A DNA stretch of 64,000 nucleotides from an uncultured Verrucomicrobiota bacterium (lineage in GTDB: Bacteria > Verrucomicrobiota > Verrucomicrobiia > Limisphaerales > UBA1100). A model generated the notes under the pieces. It had not been told where the DNA came from and did not search any database. It saw only the letters and a program-made list of their open reading frames with translations. Position numbers and translations under genes: made by a program. Positions 37,647-49,418 of the stretch are shown here, piece by piece (positions within the stretch are counted from its first letter, which is position 1; every line of letters begins with the position of its first letter). The stretch lies in NCBI GenBank assembly GCA_902551155.1, contig CACDBG010000001.1:4532-68531 (forward strand), written 5' to 3'.

Positions 37647-38531
37647 ATGCCGAGCACAAGAGACATCAGGCGGCGTATTAAGTCCGTCAAGAATACATCG
37701 CAAATCACCAAGGCGATGGAAAAGGTGGCCCAAGCCAAGATGGCGAAGGCTCAGCAATCGGCTATATCTGGGCGATCCTATGCCGACCTTATGAATAGGG
37801 TTCTAGGTGAAGTTGTGACTCATGCTGGAGACTTTGATCATCCTTATATGGAGAGTCAGGGAAGCGAAAAACGAGCACTGATTTTGGTCACAACCGACAA
37901 AGGCCTTTGCGGCGCTCTAAATACAAATCTTTTACGTAAAGTTTCCGACGAGTTTGTGGCGCCCGATACCCAAATAATTTCAGCCGGTAGGAAAGGCGCT
38001 CAGCACGCTACACGTGCGGGATGGGATTTGACCGCTGAATTTTCTTTTGGCGATCCACCCTCCATAAGTGAAGCAAGAGCCATTACCAAGGTTGCAGTGG
38101 AACTCTTTGAGAGCGGCGCCGTTGGCCATGTGGATATTGCGTTTACTAATTTTATTAACACCATTACCCAAAAGCCGGAGGTGCAGACCTTGTTGCCGAT
38201 TACTGAAATTAAGGGCGTATCGGCTGGAGTTGAAGGTGAAGAGACCTCTGAGGATTTGTCTGGAGGCACGACTGAATTTCTTTTTGAGCCTTCACCAGCT
38301 GCGGTTTTGGGTGAATTGCTGCCTCACTACCTTAACTTCCAAGTATTGCAGATTTTATTGGAAAATAGGGCAAGTGAGCACAGCGCTCGAATGGTAGCCA
38401 TGAAAAACGCTACTGATAACGCAAACCAACTGATTAAAGACCTCACTCTAGAGTATAACAAATTGCGTCAGGCCGCTATTACTAACGAACTTTTGGAGAT
38501 AACCACCGCCCAGATGGCGTTGGGTAATTAA
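37647..38531 (+). CDS. atpG: F0F1 ATP synthase subunit gamma
   Basis: 294 aa with N-terminus IRRRIKSVKNTSQITKAMEKVAQAKM and C-terminus LRQAAITNELLEITTA. Confidence 0.93.
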   Translation: MPSTRDIRRRIKSVKNTSQITKAMEKVAQAKMAKAQQSAISGRSYADLMNRVLGEVVTHAGDFDHPYMESQGSEKRALILVTTDKGLCGALNTNLLRKVSDEFVAPDTQIISAGRKGAQHATRAGWDLTAEFSFGDPPSISEARAITKVAVELFESGAVGHVDIAFTNFINTITQKPEVQTLLPITEIKGVSAGVEGEETSEDLSGGTTEFLFEPSPAAVLGELLPHYLNFQVLQILLENRASEHSARMVAMKNATDNANQLIKDLTLEYNKLRQAAITNELLEITTAQMALGN

Positions 38532-38537
38532 ATATAA

Positions 38538-40025
<1,488 letters not shown>

Positions 40026-40029
40026 ACTA

Positions 40030-40443
40030 ATGGCGGACACTCTTAAATTGGAGATTGTCACTCCCGAAGCGGTTATCTATTCGGAAGACGTAGATATGGT
40101 GACTTTACCGGGTTCGGAGGGGGAAGCAGGAGTGTACCCCAACCACGTCCCACTAATGACCAAGGTTCAAGCTGGTGAGCTTATTGCCAAGAAGGATGGG
40201 GCTGAAGAGATTCTTGCAATAGGTGAGGGCTTTGCTGAAATTACTGGTGATCATGTCGCTATTCTTACCGACAACGCTATTGGTAGTGATGCCATTGATG
40301 AAGCTGTCGTCGAAGAGGCGAGAGCCAAAGCTCAAAAGCGACTCGATGAAGGGGGCGATATATCAGAGGACGAAGCCAAAGCGCTTACTCAAGCCATACT
40401 TTATTCTCAAGCTCAACTTAAAGTCAAACGTCATCGTCGTTAG
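40030..40443 (+). CDS. atpC: F0F1 ATP synthase subunit epsilon
   Basis: 137 aa. LKLEIVTPEAVIYSEDVDMVTLPGSEGEAGVYPNHVPLMT is the typical epsilon N-terminal beta-sandwich. Confidence 0.9.
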   Translation: MADTLKLEIVTPEAVIYSEDVDMVTLPGSEGEAGVYPNHVPLMTKVQAGELIAKKDGAEEILAIGEGFAEITGDHVAILTDNAIGSDAIDEAVVEEARAKAQKRLDEGGDISEDEAKALTQAILYSQAQLKVKRHRR

Positions 40444-40446
40444 TCC

Positions 40447-42261
40447 TTATTCGCTAGATTTTTCCACTTTTAATAGGGGAAAGAGTATAATTTCACAGGC
40501 GTTGTAGGTGTTCAGTGGAAATTCAAAAACCACTGGTTCCTGTTCAAGTGGATCGGTTGCGTAGGCATAAAAGTTTAAAGATTGAGTTTGCTTTCCAAAC
40601 TGCACTTTACGTACAAAAGTTTTGCCTTCACGTTTTATCTCCAGAGTAATTGATTTTTTACGTTTGAGTATATCATATGTTGCTAATTTATCCGCTCCCC
40701 GAGCAGTCCAATTGGTAACCTGAAGGCGTCCTAGAGCATTTAAAGCAGTTGAAATGTCTTTGCTCTTTTCTGTTGAAATCGGATTATCAGTATATGACCA
40801 TACTCCATCGGTGTTTCGGATAATTTCGGCGATTTCTTCACCTTGGTTTATAATAATTTTAACCACCTCTTTCTCAGAAAAATTCCAATATTTTCGGTTG
40901 CGTAACTGGTAAGAATAAACTGGAAGACTTCTGCGATCTGCCTGTGAAATGAGATATACAGTTCCTTCATCATGACGTTTGATAAAGGTCTTATTGCCAT
41001 TCTCACCCGTTGGAGAGCCAAATGAAATCCTTGAAGTAATGGCATTGGTGCCTCCGCGTTGTCTGAGGGTATATTGTCCTGAAGGTTGATCTAATCCATA
41101 AGTTGAATAATCTCCAACCACCTCCCTTTCTGGTGCAATGGCTTCTAATGATCTCAATTTTTCCAAAAAATTAAAAACCAGTTCATTGTCAGCCGGCAAA
41201 GTTGAAGGTTGGTTAATATTCCAAACCCCATTGGTTGTTTGCTCCAATATGAATGGTTCTACAGACCCAACCTCTATTCTCCATAAAGAATCCGGGCTAG
41301 GATCGAATGAATCTACCATACGGTGATCACAATATTCCCATACTCGGGCACGTAGATCCTTTAGCCATGGGTTTGGGATTACTACTATATTTGTGTGGTT
41401 TAGCCGGCGCGCATAGACGTGTCCGGGCTGATTGGTGGGGCTGTTTCCAAATTGAATTACTGCTAGGCGATTAGTTCCTTGGCCAAGTATCAATTCCGCC
41501 TCAGGTGAATGTAGTCCATAGCGTTGCAGGTCTATTTTGACATCATCACTTTCGAAAGCAGTTGCACTCCAATTCCATAATTTTACCAGTGTTTGTTTAA
41601 TTCGCGTCTGGTTTGCGCGTTTGGTAGGTTCGGGCTGTGTAATTTGCCAAATACTATTTGTATTTTTTTGGAGTAACATTTGCCTTGGGCCTGAACGAAT
41701 GCTTATTCGATCAATATCTATACGGTTGGTTTCAAGGTGAAAAAGCTTAGGATCCCGCCAGTGGTTTGCAGTGAAAGGTAAAACACCGAGAAACTGTCGG
41801 TTGATGGTAAACACGCCTGTTTTATCTGGGATTCGGGCATAAACTTTGTCCTCTAGCGGGGTGAAATCTCCAAGCTGTAATTCTATTTTCCCATCATTTT
41901 TTTCTAGGCTGATATTGACGCGAGGAGGGGCAAAGCCAAACTTGGATAGGGTTTTTGACTGTCGGTGATAACTTAATGGCTTGAGTTTGGTAAGCTCTTG
42001 CAACATTGCGTTTGGACCCTCTGCTATAGCTGGGTAGTTGATGGGTGTTTCTAGCATCCATCTTTCAGAGGTTCTAACTGTTCTTACTGTGTTAGTACCG
42101 TTATAGGTAATCTGAATTGCGACAATTTCATCAGCTGTGAAAGGTTGAAAAAAACCGGGCATTGATTCAGGTTGATCGGTTCGATCAAATTCAAATATGT
42201 AAAGGTAAGTAACAGAAGTTACTGCTATGCAAATTAACCACCATGTTTCTTTCTTTATCAT
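40447..42261 (-). CDS. DUF4340-like protein, last gene of the ABC-2/GldG operon
   Basis: 604 aa with an N-terminal TM and repetitive beta-rich modules. The call rests mainly on its position immediately after a GldG-like gene, the usual DUF4340 context. Sequence-only recognition of the family is moderate. Confidence 0.6.
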   Translation of the reverse strand: MIKKETWWLICIAVTSVTYLYIFEFDRTDQPESMPGFFQPFTADEIVAIQITYNGTNTVRTVRTSERWMLETPINYPAIAEGPNAMLQELTKLKPLSYHRQSKTLSKFGFAPPRVNISLEKNDGKIELQLGDFTPLEDKVYARIPDKTGVFTINRQFLGVLPFTANHWRDPKLFHLETNRIDIDRISIRSGPRQMLLQKNTNSIWQITQPEPTKRANQTRIKQTLVKLWNWSATAFESDDVKIDLQRYGLHSPEAELILGQGTNRLAVIQFGNSPTNQPGHVYARRLNHTNIVVIPNPWLKDLRARVWEYCDHRMVDSFDPSPDSLWRIEVGSVEPFILEQTTNGVWNINQPSTLPADNELVFNFLEKLRSLEAIAPEREVVGDYSTYGLDQPSGQYTLRQRGGTNAITSRISFGSPTGENGNKTFIKRHDEGTVYLISQADRRSLPVYSYQLRNRKYWNFSEKEVVKIIINQGEEIAEIIRNTDGVWSYTDNPISTEKSKDISTALNALGRLQVTNWTARGADKLATYDILKRKKSITLEIKREGKTFVRKVQFGKQTQSLNFYAYATDPLEQEPVVFEFPLNTYNACEIILFPLLKVEKSSE

Positions 42262-42262
42262 G

Positions 42263-43726
42263 TTATGTGCGTCGGCGAAGCCAAACTAAACTTCCAATTG
42301 CTAATGTTCCTACTGGCATAATTCCAATTAAAATTAAGGCCAAACGGCTGAACTCGTTTGCCTTAAATTCAAAACGATAATTTTTAATGGGTTGTGGTCC
42401 TATAGTTTTTAATAGGTTTGATCGGTCTAATAACCAATTCACAGAATGCCATGCCAGTTCCCGATTGCCTTCCTTATCAATCATCTGATTGCTAAGAAAC
42501 AGTGAATCTCCAATAACTATAATTCGGGCCAGATCATCTGTCTTTAATTCTGCTAAGGTATCACGCTCTACCACGGCAGCTACAGGGAGTGATCCCGGGC
42601 CAGCTTCGGGAACAGGCTTGGAGTTATTTTCATTATTCAAAAAATTTCGGTAGGCAGTGCCTTTTTGTCCGGTTTGGATAAGAGGCTGCATTTTTTGCTT
42701 GGCAGCTAAAGGGTCACTTTCGGGCAGGGGGCTTACGGTCCTGGGTAACAGGAGTCGCACAGGGAGGCTCTCTTTCTGAAGTGCTTGAACAACCGGATGG
42801 TAAACGTAATTTTTAAGAGTTATGGAGCCGTCACCCAATGTATTGTCTGGGTCCAATACTGTGTTATCACCTATGGATACTCCCCAGAACCTAAGCAGAC
42901 TTTTTATTCCTCCGTTGGAACGATGATTTAGTAAGACCAGGAGTCGGCCACCTTTATCCAGATATCGATTTAAACTTCTTTGTTCCTCAAGGTTGAGTTC
43001 GGTTTTAGGGCCTGGAATAATGAGGAGCCTGCAGTCTCCGGGCACGGTTGTTTGTTGTTGGAGAGATAGATCGCGAACTCGTGTGTTCATTTCACCCAGT
43101 AATTGCCCGAATTCGCCATATCCACTACTATTTAAGTTAGTAATGCTGTGCTCCCCATGCCCTGTTAGACAATAGACGGTGGGTTGCTCACTATTGGATA
43201 CTGCTAAAAGTGCGGAGGTAAATAGGCGCTCACCAAGAAAATCCGACCTTTCCATCGTTTTTACATTTACCCGTGAAAGTTGCCCTTGGGAAATAATTTT
43301 ATGCCTTTTGTTAGCTGAAAAAATAACCACGTTATTCTGTTCTTCACTGAGTCTAAACTTGGCTTGAATCTTACGAGCTAGCTTTGGATGTTGTAACGGA
43401 TCGATGCTGTTGATAGTGAGGTTTTTATTAATGTGTCCATATTTCCGGAGAAGTTCATCTACCATTTTATATGTTGATTCGGTGCGGTCATAGAAAACGA
43501 TAATATCTACTTTATTTGTCATTTCGGTCAGCAATTGTTCGGTGCGTGCAGAGAGTTTGTGCTGAAGATTATCTGTCCACGAAGTTCTTTGATAATGGCG
43601 GTGGGAAAAGTAGTTTAAGGCTATCACTAAAACTAGTGCTGAGACGACTGAGAACCATATGTTAATCCAGCCGCTCCACCGATGCCTTGCTGAGAAGCCT
43701 TCTTCCTGATCCTGAATTATTTCCAT
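42263..43726 (-). CDS. GldG-like ABC transport auxiliary component
   Basis: 487 aa with N- and C-terminal TM anchors and a large periplasmic domain (KLSARTEQLLTEMTNKVDIIVFYDR...). It follows an ABC-2 permease. Confidence 0.7.
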   Translation of the reverse strand: MEIIQDQEEGFSARHRWSGWINIWFSVVSALVLVIALNYFSHRHYQRTSWTDNLQHKLSARTEQLLTEMTNKVDIIVFYDRTESTYKMVDELLRKYGHINKNLTINSIDPLQHPKLARKIQAKFRLSEEQNNVVIFSANKRHKIISQGQLSRVNVKTMERSDFLGERLFTSALLAVSNSEQPTVYCLTGHGEHSITNLNSSGYGEFGQLLGEMNTRVRDLSLQQQTTVPGDCRLLIIPGPKTELNLEEQRSLNRYLDKGGRLLVLLNHRSNGGIKSLLRFWGVSIGDNTVLDPDNTLGDGSITLKNYVYHPVVQALQKESLPVRLLLPRTVSPLPESDPLAAKQKMQPLIQTGQKGTAYRNFLNNENNSKPVPEAGPGSLPVAAVVERDTLAELKTDDLARIIVIGDSLFLSNQMIDKEGNRELAWHSVNWLLDRSNLLKTIGPQPIKNYRFEFKANEFSRLALILIGIMPVGTLAIGSLVWLRRRT

Positions 43727-44469
43727 TTTCGGCTACCTATGGATTTGGTGGTTAGGAATAGAAATAGAGCTGTCAGACTTAGATAGTATAGAATGTGTCT
43801 ACTATCTACTATCCCCGTGGAAAAATCTTCCATGTGGTTTAACATGGAAATGTGCTGAAAGATGTAATGCCACCATTTCATTTCCGGTGGCTGGAGATCG
43901 GCAAAATATCCGAGCATAAATAAACAAGTGCCGACAGCGAAGGTTAATACAGCAGCTACGATCTGACTGCGTGTCAGCGATGAGGCAAAACAACCCAAAG
44001 CCATAAAAAACGACCCGAATAAAGTGATTCCTAAGCCTAAACTTAACAATGCGCCAGCATCCACCGCAACTGATTCATGGGTATAACGTTCTAATATGAA
44101 TGGATATAAAAGCATTGGGAGGAATGCGGTTAAATAGAAAAAATATGAGCCCAAAAACTTTGCTAAAACTACCTGTATATCAGATACAGGAGTGGTCATT
44201 AGCGTCTCGAAAGTGCCGCTTGATTTTTCCTGGGCGAATGTACGCATAGTGATTACTGGTGAAATCATTAAAAGCACTAACCAGAAAAATTCTGTTTGCG
44301 GAAATTTTTCGGTCAACGGAAGATCATAAGCTCTGCCGTTCAAGAGATATACCACAGTCAACAGACTTCCTCCCATCAACAACTGAACTCCGGAAAGGAT
44401 AATATACCCTCGAAGGCAAAGAAAGTGGCCGGATAATTCACGACGGGTTAATGTGGTAATTGCCGACAT
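43717..44469 (-). CDS. ABC-2 family transporter permease (GldF-like)
   Basis: 250 aa, polytopic (about 6 TM). Its start overlaps the ATPase stop (TAATG). Confidence 0.75.
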   Translation of the reverse strand: MSAITTLTRRELSGHFLCLRGYIILSGVQLLMGGSLLTVVYLLNGRAYDLPLTEKFPQTEFFWLVLLMISPVITMRTFAQEKSSGTFETLMTTPVSDIQVVLAKFLGSYFFYLTAFLPMLLYPFILERYTHESVAVDAGALLSLGLGITLFGSFFMALGCFASSLTRSQIVAAVLTFAVGTCLFMLGYFADLQPPEMKWWHYIFQHISMLNHMEDFSTGIVDSRHILYYLSLTALFLFLTTKSIGSRKWK

Positions 44470-45440
44470 TAGAATTCTTCCTCTGATCGGGTAATATGAA
44501 TGAAGATATCTTCCAATGTGTGTCGGTCTCTTGTTAGCTCCTTCAAGGGCCAGCCTCTAGCTCGTGCAAGGGCTGATATTCGAGGGCGTAAGTCTTCACC
44601 GTCACGCGGAGTTAAGATGCTTCGAAAGAAATCCCCTTCAGCAGGAGAAACACGATGATACTCTACTTCAGCCATTTCTTCCCATGTTTGATTGAGATCT
44701 TGCAGAGATGCTTTCAATTCGACAGTGATTTTATGCCTTTCGCCCATGGAATTTTCCAGTGCCCTTGGGGTGTCATTAGCGCGAATGTTACCTTCGTGAA
44801 AGATCAATACTCTAGAACATGTAACTTCTACTTCTGGTAAGATGTGTGAGGACATCAGTATTGTGTGTTGCCCTCCCATAGACTTAATATGCTGCCGGAC
44901 TGTTCGAATCTGGTGAGGATCTAGGCCAATAGTAGGTTCATCTAGTACAAGTAATTCGGGCTCATGAACAAGTGCGTCAGCTAGTCCAACGCGCTGCCGA
45001 AATCCTTTAGAGAGTTCGCCGATAATCGAGTTACGGGCATCATATAAATCAAATTGTTCTATTACCTCTTCAGCACGGTTTCGACTTTTTTGGGATGTTA
45101 GCCCTTTAATACGAGCCCGAAATTTTAGGTATTCCCGTACACGCATATCTTCATGGAGTGGGTTGTTTTCCGGCATGAATCCAATCCTGCGCCGCACTTC
45201 TTCTGATTTCTTAGTAATATCAAAACCAGCAATGCAAGCACTACCGCTAGAGGCAGACAGGTAACCGGCAATGATCCGCATGGTGGTGCTTTTACCGGCA
45301 CCGTTGGGCCCTAGAAAACCGATTATTTCTCCTCTTGGTATAGAAAAAGAGAGGTCTTTTATGGCTGCCTTTGCTCCATAATATTTGGTGAGATTTTGCA
45401 CCTCAATTACTAGTCCGGAGTCTGACTGTGAGTCAGTCAT
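44469..45440 (-). CDS. ABC transporter ATP-binding protein (GldA/ABC-2 type)
   Basis: 323 aa with Walker A GPNGAGKST, signature LSKGFRQRVGLADAL, and Walker B LVLDEPTIGLD. Confidence 0.9.
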   Translation of the reverse strand: MTDSQSDSGLVIEVQNLTKYYGAKAAIKDLSFSIPRGEIIGFLGPNGAGKSTTMRIIAGYLSASSGSACIAGFDITKKSEEVRRRIGFMPENNPLHEDMRVREYLKFRARIKGLTSQKSRNRAEEVIEQFDLYDARNSIIGELSKGFRQRVGLADALVHEPELLVLDEPTIGLDPHQIRTVRQHIKSMGGQHTILMSSHILPEVEVTCSRVLIFHEGNIRANDTPRALENSMGERHKITVELKASLQDLNQTWEEMAEVEYHRVSPAEGDFFRSILTPRDGEDLRPRISALARARGWPLKELTRDRHTLEDIFIHITRSEEEF

Positions 45441-45441
45441 A

Positions 45442-46815
45442 TTATCGTATTTTCACCTTTACCTCTCCAGACTGTCGCTGCAGAAAAGCCCCTCTTCGGA
45501 TTTCCCATACCAGATTAAGTTGAACCAAATCACCGGTCCGACGCGATAGGATATCTTTGGCAAAAGCTACTAGGCTTTCGAGCTGTTGCCCATCTATTCT
45601 TTGAATTACTCCGCCTGGCTCAATGCCTGCTCGATCGGCTTGGCTTTGTTTTTCGACTTTGGTAATGAGGTACCCTCCATAGAAAGACATTCCTAGTTGT
45701 TCCGCTAAATTTTTGGTAAGCGTGCGGACGGTTATTCCAAGGCGTTCCTGAATCACTTTGGAATTAAAAACTTTTTCTTCGGCTAGTAAAGTAACGGGTA
45801 CATTAAGAAAACGGCCTCCACGAAATATTTTTATCTGAACAGTTTTGAGCCCACGACCAGATATTTCTTTGGCCCAGTCGACGAAATCGGTTACATCCCG
45901 CTCGTTTACTTGTACCACCTTATCACCAGTTCGTAGTCCAGCTTTGGCTGCTGGACTATTAGGTTCTACCCGGGATAAGCGCAAGCTGTTACCTTCGATT
46001 TTTACTCGGGCACCAAACCAAAGTCCTCGTAATTGTTCGGGGGCAAAAAATTCACCAAGAGATTCTTGAACTCTTGCAATTGGGATCGCAAACCCAATGC
46101 CTTGTCCTTCTCGGTGAACAGCAACATTAATCCCAATTAATTCGCCGTTTAGATTGATGAGAGGTCCACCACTATTTCCCGGATTGATTGCGGCATCTGT
46201 CTGCAGCCAGTTCTCAATATCTAATATTTCTCTTTCGCGCGGAGCTTGACGGTCTCGACTGCTGAGGATTCCTTGACTTACCGATCCCCCTAACCCGAAA
46301 GGATTGCCTAAAGCAATTACTGTTTCTCCTAAAAGAAGGTCACTATCTCTTCCAAATTTAATAGTTTCGAATCTATTATTTAATCCCTTGGGAACTTTAA
46401 TTTTTAATAAGGCTAAATCACTTCGTTGATCGTAAGCTACTCGGTCTGCTTCAAATTCACGTCCGTCAGCAAATTTAACTCGAATTTTGGTGGCACGTCG
46501 CACCACATGATCATTGGTAAGAACATAACCCTCCGCGTGGATTATCACACCAGAACCAAGACTTCGCCTGACATCCTGCTTTGGTTGACGGTAATAGGGA
46601 TTCCAAAAATCCTGAAATAATTCAGTGAAAGGGTCGCGTACCTCTACTACGGTTTCGGTTCGGATATTCACAACCGAAGATAGAGTTTTTGATATAGCCT
46701 GAACTACGGGTGTTTTCCGAATATTATCCGCTCCGGTGGCAATTTCCCCCAATGCATGTAGCCCTATGAGAACCAGAAAATTCAAATATTTTGACGGGCG
46801 GAAAATCATAAACAT
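45442..46815 (-). CDS. HtrA/DegP-family serine protease with two PDZ domains
   Basis: Catalytic triad context TNDHVV / DLALLK / GNSGGPLIN, followed by two PDZ-like regions. I prefer the start at MFMIFRPSKYLNFLVLIGL (46815 or 46809); the track ORF starts at 46875. Confidence 0.9.
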   Translation of the reverse strand: MFMIFRPSKYLNFLVLIGLHALGEIATGADNIRKTPVVQAISKTLSSVVNIRTETVVEVRDPFTELFQDFWNPYYRQPKQDVRRSLGSGVIIHAEGYVLTNDHVVRRATKIRVKFADGREFEADRVAYDQRSDLALLKIKVPKGLNNRFETIKFGRDSDLLLGETVIALGNPFGLGGSVSQGILSSRDRQAPREREILDIENWLQTDAAINPGNSGGPLINLNGELIGINVAVHREGQGIGFAIPIARVQESLGEFFAPEQLRGLWFGARVKIEGNSLRLSRVEPNSPAAKAGLRTGDKVVQVNERDVTDFVDWAKEISGRGLKTVQIKIFRGGRFLNVPVTLLAEEKVFNSKVIQERLGITVRTLTKNLAEQLGMSFYGGYLITKVEKQSQADRAGIEPGGVIQRIDGQQLESLVAFAKDILSRRTGDLVQLNLVWEIRRGAFLQRQSGEVKVKIR

Positions 46816-47020
46816 CCTTTTAAGGAAATACTTCGAACACAATTTGACAAAAAAAGCGGAACTGTGCAACGGCAAGCCGATAAACTGACCGAATTGTTTT
46901 ATTCACATCAATCATTTGATTGGCCTTCTTAGGCCAGTTTTAGGAAAACTTTGGCTAGAATAAAATCGACAGAGTGGGCTGCTTGCTTTTTCCTTCAGTC
47001 CTGTGAGTAGATAACTGGTT

Positions 47021-48592
47021 ATGAATCTCCTAGCTACTGTTTCTCCCGATTATACCCCTTTTTGGATTCTTGCCGCTGGTGTGATCTTTGTCATTACGAG
47101 TATAGTTAAATTACGGCTTCATCCCTTCTTGGGGCTAACTTTAGCAGCTCTTCTAGTCGGGCTGCTTACGCCGCAATTACCGGAACTAACAAAAGCCAAT
47201 GGTTTTTGGTCTGACAGTGAGGGAGCCACACACCTAATTCAATCGATCAACTGGGCTATGGCGGGCTTTGGCACATTGGTCGGCAAAATTGGATTTGTCA
47301 TAGCGATGGCTGCAGTGATTGGCACTTGTATGATGGAAAGTGGCGCTGCTGACAAAGTTGTTCGCCGTCTTATAGATTCTTTGGGAGAGAATCGTGCAGC
47401 GTGGGCGATGTTAATCAGCGGATTTGTTCTGTCTATTCCGGTCTTTTTTGACACGGTTTTTTTCTTACTAATTCCGTTGGCTCGGGCTCTGGCTTTGCGA
47501 ACGGGGAAAAACTATACGCTTTACGTGTGTGCAGTTGCTGGTGCTGGAGCAATTACGCACACCATCGTTCCTCCTACTCCCGGCCCGCTTATTATCGCTG
47601 AGAACCTGAGTCAACCCGCTGGTAATGCCATTATTGCAGGTTTGCTGGCGGCAATTGTTCCTGTTGCGCTGGTGATGTGGTTGGCAAAAAGGTTCAATGA
47701 AAAACTGAATATTCCCTTGCGGGAAACAAAGGGCTCCTCTTTGGATGAGCTCGGCAACGTCATCAACAAGAAGGATGATGAACTGCCCGGTTTTGGTATT
47801 TCCGTTCTGCCGGTTATTCTGCCGGTGATTTTAATTTCGATGGTCACCTTTATTGAATTGGCGGGAAAGTTTGGGATGGGGGTATCGCCTGAGTTCAAAA
47901 AATGGATGGAATTTGTTGGTAACAAAAATGTGGCGATGTTCCTTGCAGCGCTGATTGCCATGTACACATTGGCCAAGCAACGTGGGTGGACTTTTGAAAA
48001 GCTAGGTGAATCGATGAATACTCCTTTGGAGACAGCGGGAGTTATTATCTTGATTACCGGTGCTGGTGGCGCTTTTGGGTCAATGATTGGCCATACTGGC
48101 ATAGGGGATACTATTAAAGCAATTGGAGTGAATGAGGGAGGGACTGTTGGAATGCTCTTTATGGCGTGGTTATTGACGGCGGTGATCCGAGCTGCACAAG
48201 GTTCGGCTACTGTATCAATGATCACCGGCTCAGGAATTATGGCTCCTATCGTTTCAGGTATGATTGAGGCCGGCACACTTGGATGTCATCCTATATATTT
48301 CTGTTTGGCGATTGGCTTTGGCGCATTCCCGCTATCGTGGATGAACGACAGCGGATTCTGGGTGGTGCAGCGCATGAGCGGGTTTACCGAAAAGGAAACG
48401 CTGAAGACTTGGACGGTGATGCTCACGGCCATCGGCGTGGCGGGCATCATTCAGGTGATGGTAATGGCTACCATCCTGCCTTTGAAACCTGATAAACCTA
48501 GTGAATCACCGGCGGAAAATGCTCGGGTTAGTTCAACTGAAGGGTTGGCTTCGCTGGAAAATCTTCAGATGCCGCTTCGTCCGCAAAAATAA
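47021..48592 (+). CDS. GntP-family (gluconate/organic anion:H+) permease
   Basis: 523 aa, polytopic. The C-terminal string NDSGFWVVQRMSGFTEKETLKTWTV is typical of GntP permeases. Confidence 0.8.
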   Translation: MNLLATVSPDYTPFWILAAGVIFVITSIVKLRLHPFLGLTLAALLVGLLTPQLPELTKANGFWSDSEGATHLIQSINWAMAGFGTLVGKIGFVIAMAAVIGTCMMESGAADKVVRRLIDSLGENRAAWAMLISGFVLSIPVFFDTVFFLLIPLARALALRTGKNYTLYVCAVAGAGAITHTIVPPTPGPLIIAENLSQPAGNAIIAGLLAAIVPVALVMWLAKRFNEKLNIPLRETKGSSLDELGNVINKKDDELPGFGISVLPVILPVILISMVTFIELAGKFGMGVSPEFKKWMEFVGNKNVAMFLAALIAMYTLAKQRGWTFEKLGESMNTPLETAGVIILITGAGGAFGSMIGHTGIGDTIKAIGVNEGGTVGMLFMAWLLTAVIRAAQGSATVSMITGSGIMAPIVSGMIEAGTLGCHPIYFCLAIGFGAFPLSWMNDSGFWVVQRMSGFTEKETLKTWTVMLTAIGVAGIIQVMVMATILPLKPDKPSESPAENARVSSTEGLASLENLQMPLRPQK

Positions 48593-49340
48593 CAGTAATT
48601 GTAAGAAACCGGTCTTTTCTCCAGTGGTCCTCTTTCATTAGCCACTGACGAACAAACTCGGCTACCGTTTTGCGTGCGTGTTCGCGAACAAGTTTTACAT
48701 GGCTGTCAGATGATGCGTGTGAAGTGAGGCGCGGAGTAATACTTTTCATTAGTCCATCCATTTGTTCTTCCTTATTAAAACGCGCCCAGCCGCGTTCTGA
48801 GTATTTCTCGATCCTATCAGTGTGGATGGCAACTGGAATAGTAGGCTGCATCATTGGGCTAATGACAAAACACTGTTGATCTCGCACCTCCAATTTCCAA
48901 GGATCAGAGAGTTTGATATGGTAGCGAAAAGTAGCAGGCACTCGGATTTCGGTAACAGTAGTTCCCAAGCTAATCTTATCCCAGAGGATCGTGCGTTTAT
49001 TTGTTCGTTTGAAGTGCTTGGTATTCTCCAACGTGGCAACTTCAAGACGACCTTCGCCCGCATCATTGGCCTCTGGTAGTGATTCAGTAAAGGTATGAGT
49101 AATTTTTGACTGTTGAAAATTTTCGGCGATGGTAATGGCTGATTCTTTAATATCCACAATGGCCTCTTGGGTTTTACGCACCGTGTTCTCTGTAATATCC
49201 TTTGCTGTTTTGACGGAATAAATGTAGGCGATGAATGCCATGGCCGTGATACCCAGAAGCACAATCGGCCAACGCCACTGGCTGAGGTCAGAACTGGATT
49301 GGTGATTAACCTTTGACTGAGATTTCAGCTCGTTATCCAT
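48528..49340 (-). CDS. hypothetical membrane-anchored protein (possibly DUF4230-like)
   Basis: One N-terminal TM (WRWPIVLLGITAMAFIAYIY), then a soluble domain. I prefer ATG 49340 over the track start at TTG 49358. The family call is tentative. Confidence 0.5.
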   Translation of the reverse strand: MDNELKSQSKVNHQSSSDLSQWRWPIVLLGITAMAFIAYIYSVKTAKDITENTVRKTQEAIVDIKESAITIAENFQQSKITHTFTESLPEANDAGEGRLEVATLENTKHFKRTNKRTILWDKISLGTTVTEIRVPATFRYHIKLSDPWKLEVRDQQCFVISPMMQPTIPVAIHTDRIEKYSERGWARFNKEEQMDGLMKSITPRLTSHASSDSHVKLVREHARKTVAEFVRQWLMKEDHWRKDRFLTITVIFADEAASEDFPAKPTLQLN

Positions 49341-49418
49341 GATAAGTAACCCTATCAATTATCTTCAGAAATGGCGAGATTTGTGTAACTGCTAGTAGTT
49401 CGTGCCGTCTACTTTAGT

